A DNA stretch of 46,195 nucleotides from Alphaproteobacteria bacterium (GTDB lineage: Bacteria; Pseudomonadota; Alphaproteobacteria; Puniceispirillales; Puniceispirillaceae): assembly GCA_038139365.1 (NCBI GenBank), contig JAYOST010000002.1:1-46195 (forward strand), given 5' to 3'. The notes beneath the pieces are model-generated. The model searched no databases, was not told the origin of the DNA, and worked only from the letters and a program-made list of their open reading frames with translations. Of the stretch, positions 40,887 through 46,195 are shown piece after piece; positions within the stretch are counted from its first letter, which is position 1, and each line of letters starts with the position of its first letter. A program made the position numbers and the translations under genes.

Positions 40887-41699
40887 TCAGCTGCCGGTAA
40901 AATTCGGCTTTCGCTTTTCCATGAAGGCGCGGCGGCCCTCGATATAGTCCTGACTGGCGAAACAGGCCTTCACCATCGCGTCCAGCGCCGCCAGATCCCG
41001 CTCTGATTCGTCGCCCTGAATGGATTGTGTGATGGCTTTTACCGACTCGATGGTCAACGGCGCGTTCTCAGAAATCCGCCGCGCATAATCATCGACATAG
41101 GCGGCCAGCATATGCGGTGCCAGCACCCTGTTCACCAGACCCATGTCATAGGCTTCCGCAGCGCTGAACTGGCGCGCGGTGAAGAAGATTTCCTTGACCA
41201 TCGCCGGCCCGACAAGGTGGGCGAGGCGGCGGATGCCTTCGTAGCCATAGCCGACGCCAAGCTTCGCCGCCGGCACGGCAAAACGGCTCTTGTCCTCGCA
41301 TAGGCGGATATCGCAGGCCACCGCCAGCCCCATGCCGCCCCCGATGCAATATCCCTGAATCACCGCGATGGTCGGCTTTGGAAAGGTGAACACCGCGTCA
41401 TAGAAGGTCTTACTGGCCTCTGCGTATCTGCTGACATCCTCGGCGCTGGACCTTTCCTTCTCGAATTTCGAGATGTCCGCTCCCGAGGCAAAGGCCTTGC
41501 CGCCGGCACCACGGATCACCAGAAGGCGCGCTTCAGGATCGGCGGCCATGCGCGTCACCTCGGCCGCGCCAGCCTGATACATCGCCATGGAGATGGCGTT
41601 GTGACGCGCGGGATTGTTGATCACCACATGGCCCACGCGGTCGACAATACCGGATAGCAGCTTGCCTTCGGCATGCGCGGTAAGTTGATCGAATTTCAT
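40887..41699 (-). CDS. Crotonase-fold protein 2
   Basis: NNPARHNAIS, FASGADI, PTIAVIQGYCIGGG and EGRRAFMEKRKP motifs. Confidence 0.9.
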   Translation of the reverse strand: MKFDQLTAHAEGKLLSGIVDRVGHVVINNPARHNAISMAMYQAGAAEVTRMAADPEARLLVIRGAGGKAFASGADISKFEKERSSAEDVSRYAEASKTFYDAVFTFPKPTIAVIQGYCIGGGMGLAVACDIRLCEDKSRFAVPAAKLGVGYGYEGIRRLAHLVGPAMVKEIFFTARQFSAAEAYDMGLVNRVLAPHMLAAYVDDYARRISENAPLTIESVKAITQSIQGDESERDLAALDAMVKACFASQDYIEGRRAFMEKRKPNFTGS

Positions 41700-42880
41700 G
41701 TTACGCCCCGTGCGGCGAAGTCGCTTATATCTGCTTCGGAATAGCCAAACTCGGCCAGAATTTCGGCCGTATGCTGACCCTTGGTCGGGGGCGGGCGGCG
41801 GATGTCCGACGCCGAACGGCTCATCTTGATGGGCTGGCCGACGATCTGCGACGGGCCGCGCTCCTGGCTGTTCACATCACGGGCAATGCCCAGATGCTGC
41901 ACCTGCGGATTCTCGAACACCTGCTGGATGTTGTTGATCTCGCCGCAGGGAACGCCGATTTCCGCCAACCTCTCGACCCAGTAGGCGGTGCTCTTCTGCG
42001 AGGTGTTCTCGTTGATGATGGCGTTCAGCGGCTTGCGGTTCTTGCTGCGCGAGGGTTGGTCAGCATAATCTTCATGATCCATCCGTTCATCGCCAAGCTC
42101 GCCCTTCAGGCGAAGCCAGATATGCTGGCCGGCGCAGGCGATGTTGATGAAGCCATCGGCGGTGGCGAAGACGCCTGTGGGGATCGAGGTCGGATGGTCA
42201 TTGCCGGCCTGCTGCGGCACGGTGCCATCCATCAGCCAGCGCGCCGCCTGGAAATCCAGCATCGCGATCTGCGCCTGCAGCAGTGACGTCTGCACCCATT
42301 GGCCTTCGCCGGTCTTCTCGCGCCCGAGAAGTGCCAGAAGCACCCCCTGCGCAGCAAAGCCACCGGCGGTCAGGTCGGCGATCGGAATGCCGACGCGCAT
42401 CGGACCTTCACCCGGGGCGCCGGTGATCGACATCAGCCCGCCCATGCCCTGGGCGATCTGGTCAAAGCCGGGACGCCCGGCCAGCGGACCATCCTGGCCA
42501 AAACCGGAGATCGAAGCATAGACGATGCCGGGGTTCAGCGCGCGAAGCGTCTCGTAATCGATGCCAAGGCGGAACTTCACATCTGGGCGGTAATTCTCAA
42601 CCACCACATCGGCGCTCTCGGCCATCTTCTTGAAAATCGCGACACCCTCCGGATCCTTCAGATTGAGGATCATCGAGCGCTTGTTGCGGTGCAGGTTCTG
42701 GAAATCCGATCCTTCGCGCGACCCGCCCATGTCAGACCCGGCGGTGTCCGGGTTCTCGATCTTGATGACATTCGCCCCCCAATCCGCCAGTTGACGCACA
42801 CATGTAGGACCGGAACGAACGCGTGTCAGATCGAGAACGGTGTAATGGGACAGGATGTCACTGGCTGGTTCAAATGGCAT
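41696..42880 (-). CDS. CaiB/BaiF (family III) CoA-transferase
   Basis: VLDLTRVRSGP, HRNKRS, DVVVENYRP, SISGFGQDGP and IADLTAG (catalytic Asp) motifs. Confidence 0.93.
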   Translation of the reverse strand: MPFEPASDILSHYTVLDLTRVRSGPTCVRQLADWGANVIKIENPDTAGSDMGGSREGSDFQNLHRNKRSMILNLKDPEGVAIFKKMAESADVVVENYRPDVKFRLGIDYETLRALNPGIVYASISGFGQDGPLAGRPGFDQIAQGMGGLMSITGAPGEGPMRVGIPIADLTAGGFAAQGVLLALLGREKTGEGQWVQTSLLQAQIAMLDFQAARWLMDGTVPQQAGNDHPTSIPTGVFATADGFINIACAGQHIWLRLKGELGDERMDHEDYADQPSRSKNRKPLNAIINENTSQKSTAYWVERLAEIGVPCGEINNIQQVFENPQVQHLGIARDVNSQERGPSQIVGQPIKMSRSASDIRRPPPTKGQHTAEILAEFGYSEADISDFAARGVT

Positions 42881-42942
42881 GTCAGACCTTCTTGCGCCCG
42901 ATAGGTGGTGGCAGAAAGCCACCCTCGACGCGGGCAAAAAAA

Positions 42943-42956
42943 TTGTATACCAAATT
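42943..42956 (-). promoter_or_regulatory. Putative GntR operator 4
   Basis: Minus strand AATTTGGTATACAA, between the divergent CoA-transferase and sulfatase-remnant/matB units. Confidence 0.7.
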
Positions 42957-42992
42957 AAAGTACGATCGCTTTTTTGAAGTCAATTCAAATCT

Positions 42993-43035
42993 TCAGCCCT
43001 GTGAAACCTGACCCTCAACCCTGTGACGCCTGACC
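42993..43035. repeat. 2 x 21-bp direct repeat (22-bp period)
   Basis: TCAGCCCTGTGAAACCTGACC / TCAACCCTGTGACGCCTGACC (18/21 identical). Confidence 0.65.
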
Positions 43036-43048
43036 GGATTCCTTGCCG

Positions 43049-43366
43049 ATGAAGACATTTTTCCTTCTGTTCGACAGCCTGAACCAGTCGGCGCTCGGCA
43101 CCTCTGGCGGGCAGAACCCAACACCACATTTCGACAGTCTGGCGGTCCGCTCGACAGTGTTCGATACACATTATGCCAGGTCGCTTGCCTGTACGCCCGC
43201 ACGCGCCGATGCCAAACGCGCGCCGCGACATGCAGACCGGGCGGCTTTGCGGATAGCCGCACTGTGCTGTATGATCTGGCCGCCGACCCGCGGCGACGCA
43301 ATCAGCGCCGAAATGGCGGCACATGAGGCACCGCCGGAATTGTATGACCGTTTTCACCTGACCTGA
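43049..43366 (+). pseudogene. Internally deleted, frameshifted formylglycine-type sulfatase remnant
   Basis: Fragments in three frames: MKTFFLLFDSLN...TPHFD...SLACTPAR, RRDMQTGRL, TVLYDLAADP and MAAHEAPPELYDRF. Confidence 0.82.
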
Positions 43367-43415
43367 CAATTGCCCGCCCAGCTGGGCGCCCTTCCCGCGA
43401 GCAGGACCATCACCG

Positions 43416-44921
43416 ATGACGAATTACCTTTATGACGGCGTCTTTGCGCCCCATGCTGACAGCGACAGGACGTTCCTGCACACCGCCGATGGTGAAATCA
43501 GCTTTTCTGAGTTCACCGCGCTGACCGACCGGATTGCGGCAATGCTTGTGGCGGCGGGACTCGCCCCCGGCGACAGGCTGGCGGTTCAGGCCGACAAGTC
43601 GGTGATGCTGTTCGCGCTGTATGCGGCGACGGTCAAGGCTGGCGGCGTCTACCTGCCGCTGAACACCGGCTACACCGCTGCGGAACTCGACTATTTTCTT
43701 GGTGACGCGAAGCCGCGGATTGTTGTCGTCTCCACCAGGGCCGAGGCGGCTGTCGCCCCGATCGCAGACCGCATCGGCGCGGCGATGATGACACTGGAGG
43801 CTGATGAAAGCGGCAGCCTTCGCGAGACCGCGATGGCGCATGCCGGGCCGTTCGCCGCTGTGCCGCGCGGCCCGGAAGACCTGGCGGCGATCCTTTACAC
43901 CAGCGGCACCACCGGCCGCTCGAAAGGCGCGAAACTGTGTCATCGCAACCTTCGCTCGAACGCCGAGGTGCTGCGCGACTACTGGCGCTTCACATCCGAC
44001 GATGTGCTGCTTCACATGCTGCCGATCTATCACACGCACGGTCTGTTCGTGGCCAGCAATCTGCTGGCAATGGTCGGCGGTTCGATGATCTTCCTGCCGA
44101 AATATTCGGCCGATCTGGCGCTGGAATGGATGCCAAAGGCAACCTCGATGATGGGCGTGCCGACCTTCTACACGCGGCTTCTCGACCATGAGGGTTTCAC
44201 CCGTGAGGCGAGCGCGCATATGCGGCTGTTCATTTCCGGATCAGCGCCGCTTCTGGCCGAAACCCACCGCCAGTTCGAGGACCGCACCGGCAAGGCCATT
44301 CTTGAGCGCTATGGCATGACAGAAACCAATATGAGCACCTCGAACCCGTTTGAGGGCGACCGCCGCGCCGGCACTGTCGGCTTTGCGCTGCCAGGCGTGG
44401 AGATCCGCATCGCCGATGCCCAGACCGGCGCCGCACTTCCGGATGGCGAGATCGGCATCATCGAGCTTCGCGGCGACAACGTCTTTCTCGGCTATTGGGA
44501 CATGCCGGAAAAGACCGCCGAATCCTTCCGCGATGACGGGTTCTTCATCACCGGTGACATGGCGGTCCGCGACTCTGACGGCTATATCAGCATCGTCGGG
44601 CGCGACAAGGACCTGATCATCTCCGGTGGGCTGAATGTCTATCCAAAAGAGGTGGAGGGCATGATCGACGCTGTCGAGGGTGTCCTGGAAAGCGCCGTGA
44701 TCGGCATCCCACACCGTGATTTCGGCGAGGCGGTGGTGGCAGTGATCGTGCGCAGTGACGAGAACCTCGAAGCATCGAGCATCGAAGCGGCACTGGCAGA
44801 TCAGCTGGCGAAATTCAAACAGCCGAAGGCGGTGCTCTTCACCGAGGCGCTGCCGCGCAACAGCATGGGCAAGGTTCAGAAAGCCGAATTGCGAAAGGCG
44901 CATGCCGGCCTTTTCACCTGA
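43416..44921 (+). CDS. matB: Malonyl-CoA synthetase (MatB)-like acyl-CoA ligase
   Basis: YTSGTTGRSKG, LPIYHTHGLFVA, MGVPTFYTRL, ERYGMTET and LPRNSMGKVQK motifs. Confidence 0.85.
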   Translation: MTNYLYDGVFAPHADSDRTFLHTADGEISFSEFTALTDRIAAMLVAAGLAPGDRLAVQADKSVMLFALYAATVKAGGVYLPLNTGYTAAELDYFLGDAKPRIVVVSTRAEAAVAPIADRIGAAMMTLEADESGSLRETAMAHAGPFAAVPRGPEDLAAILYTSGTTGRSKGAKLCHRNLRSNAEVLRDYWRFTSDDVLLHMLPIYHTHGLFVASNLLAMVGGSMIFLPKYSADLALEWMPKATSMMGVPTFYTRLLDHEGFTREASAHMRLFISGSAPLLAETHRQFEDRTGKAILERYGMTETNMSTSNPFEGDRRAGTVGFALPGVEIRIADAQTGAALPDGEIGIIELRGDNVFLGYWDMPEKTAESFRDDGFFITGDMAVRDSDGYISIVGRDKDLIISGGLNVYPKEVEGMIDAVEGVLESAVIGIPHRDFGEAVVAVIVRSDENLEASSIEAALADQLAKFKQPKAVLFTEALPRNSMGKVQKAELRKAHAGLFT

Positions 44922-44936
44922 ACCTCATCGCTTCTG

Positions 44937-45845
44937 TCACCGTCTGGCACCGGCCTCGCGGAGCTGGCGCTCACGCCGCAGGATGAAGATCGACGAGGCG
45001 ATGATCACCGCGCTTCCGATGACAATCTCGGTCGTCAGAACCTCACCAAACAACAGGATGCCGGCGGCGATGCCCATCGGGATCGACAGGTAATGCAGCG
45101 GCGCCAGGATACTGGCGGGAACAAGCTTGTGGCTGAAGGCGAGGCCGAATTGCTGGAAGCTCGAGAGCACCCCGATACCAATGAGAATCGCCAGATCCGA
45201 TGATCCCGTCGGGATCGGTGCCCCGACTGCCAGCACAATCACCGCGAAAATCACCGCACCCATGCCATTGTGCCAGACAGCGGTCGTCGCCGGGCTGTCA
45301 TGACGGCCTAGCCGGCGAAGCGTGATCATCATCAAAGCCCCGAAAAACGGTGATCCGAGGCCAAGCAGAATGCCGACCGGGGTCCAGCCACCGCTGGCCG
45401 GATTCAGCAGCAGCATGGTGCCGCCAAACCCGACTATGACAGCCGTCCAGCGCCGCCAGCCAACAGGCTCGCCAAGCATGAACGGCGCCAGAAGCGTGAC
45501 GAACAGCGTCAATGTCTGGAACAGAACGGTGACAAGCGACAGCGGCATCAAATCAAGCGCCGCATAGAAACAGGCAAGGCTGATCAATCCGGTGGCGATA
45601 CGAAGCGACAGGGTGCGCGGTTTGCTGATCTGGAGTGCAAGGCGGCCGCGCTGCCACACCGCCATCGCCAGAAGCAGGGGCAGACACATGGCGTAGCGGA
45701 ACAGCAGGATTGTTGATGTCTCGATCTCGGCAGAGACAAGCTTCACAAGCACCGACACCACCACCATCATGGTGATCTCACCAAGCGCGACGCTGACACC
45801 AAGCGGTAGGTTGACCTGGCCGCTGTCTCCTGCAGCCTCGCTCAA
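44937..45845 (-). CDS. DMT/EamA family transporter
   Basis: About 10 TM segments with two EamA repeats (LGEPVGWRRW, LFGEVL). Confidence 0.88.
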   Translation of the reverse strand: MSEAAGDSGQVNLPLGVSVALGEITMMVVVSVLVKLVSAEIETSTILLFRYAMCLPLLLAMAVWQRGRLALQISKPRTLSLRIATGLISLACFYAALDLMPLSLVTVLFQTLTLFVTLLAPFMLGEPVGWRRWTAVIVGFGGTMLLLNPASGGWTPVGILLGLGSPFFGALMMITLRRLGRHDSPATTAVWHNGMGAVIFAVIVLAVGAPIPTGSSDLAILIGIGVLSSFQQFGLAFSHKLVPASILAPLHYLSIPMGIAAGILLFGEVLTTEIVIGSAVIIASSIFILRRERQLREAGARR

Positions 45846-45878
45846 CAGCCGGTCTTTCGCGATGCGACGGGTGTCACC

Positions 45879-46195
45879 CTATTCCTCGATGTCGAAATGC
45901 GCGAGATGCTTGTTGCTGATGGTGATGCCAAGTCCCGGCAGATTGTCGTCAAGCTGCAGGAAGCCTTCATCATCGGCATCCGGATCTCCTTCGAAGATGT
46001 AATAGAACAGCTCGTTGCCAACCTCGACATCGAAGACCGGGAAATATTCCGCAATCGGACAATTCATATTGGCCATGGTCAGATGGTAGTTGTGCATCTG
46101 GCCGGCATGCGGGATCACCGGAATCTGGCACGCCTCGGCCACCGCGTTGATCTTCTGCGCGGCGGTGATGCCGCCAACCCGGTTGGTGTCATATT
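45879..46195 (-). CDS. C-terminal part of an enolase-superfamily acid-sugar dehydratase (L-rhamnonate dehydratase-like); start lies beyond the right edge
   Basis: [34 protein letters not shown] and PGLG; the frame is open to the window edge. Confidence 0.8.
   Translation of the reverse strand, partial: YDTNRVGGITAAQKINAVAEACQIPVIPHAGQMHNYHLTMANMNCPIAEYFPVFDVEVGNELFYYIFEGDPDADDEGFLQLDDNLPGLGITISNKHLAHFDIEE

Noticed and set aside
314-46054. Many long overlapping or antisense ORFs in the track (for example 10676-12253, 14325-15590, 22093-23298, 39726-40886)
   Set aside because: Shadow frames of well-supported genes in GC-rich DNA, with no recognisable motifs.

Overview
GC-rich alphaproteobacterial chromosomal segment. 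Gene content suggests a marine lineage such as SAR116/Puniceispirillaceae, but that is inference only. Left part (1-23.7 kb) is mostly housekeeping: truncated clpB, an MFS / secreted Cys-rich protein / ygfZ unit, trcR, purEK, metA, COQ9-rpsU, pntAB, pepF plus an ABC1/UbiB kinase behind a sigma32-like promoter, a tandem glycine riboswitch with terminator in front of gcvTHP, and a GGT plus Fe(II)/2OG oxygenase pair. Next come a lipoprotein subtilase and an AT-rich spacer full of inverted repeats. The right part (26.2-44.9 kb) is an organic-acid catabolic cluster of about six transcription units. Four copies of one operator-like motif (AATTTGGTATAC core) sit in its promoter regions, and a GntR regulator is encoded inside it. 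It holds an FAD/Fe-S 2-hydroxyacid oxidoreductase, a class V aminotransferase, two crotonase-fold proteins, an aldehyde dehydrogenase, an AraD-like dehydratase, a PdxA-fold enzyme, an enolase-superfamily enzyme, a TctABC transporter, a TIM-barrel protein, a family III CoA-transferase, a collapsed sulfatase pseudogene and a MatB-like CoA ligase. Five of these enzymes carry non-canonical active-site residues, which makes the cluster the best candidate for an undescribed pathway. No rRNA, tRNA, CRISPR array or transposase was seen. All family assignments come from motif recognition by eye, with no database searches.
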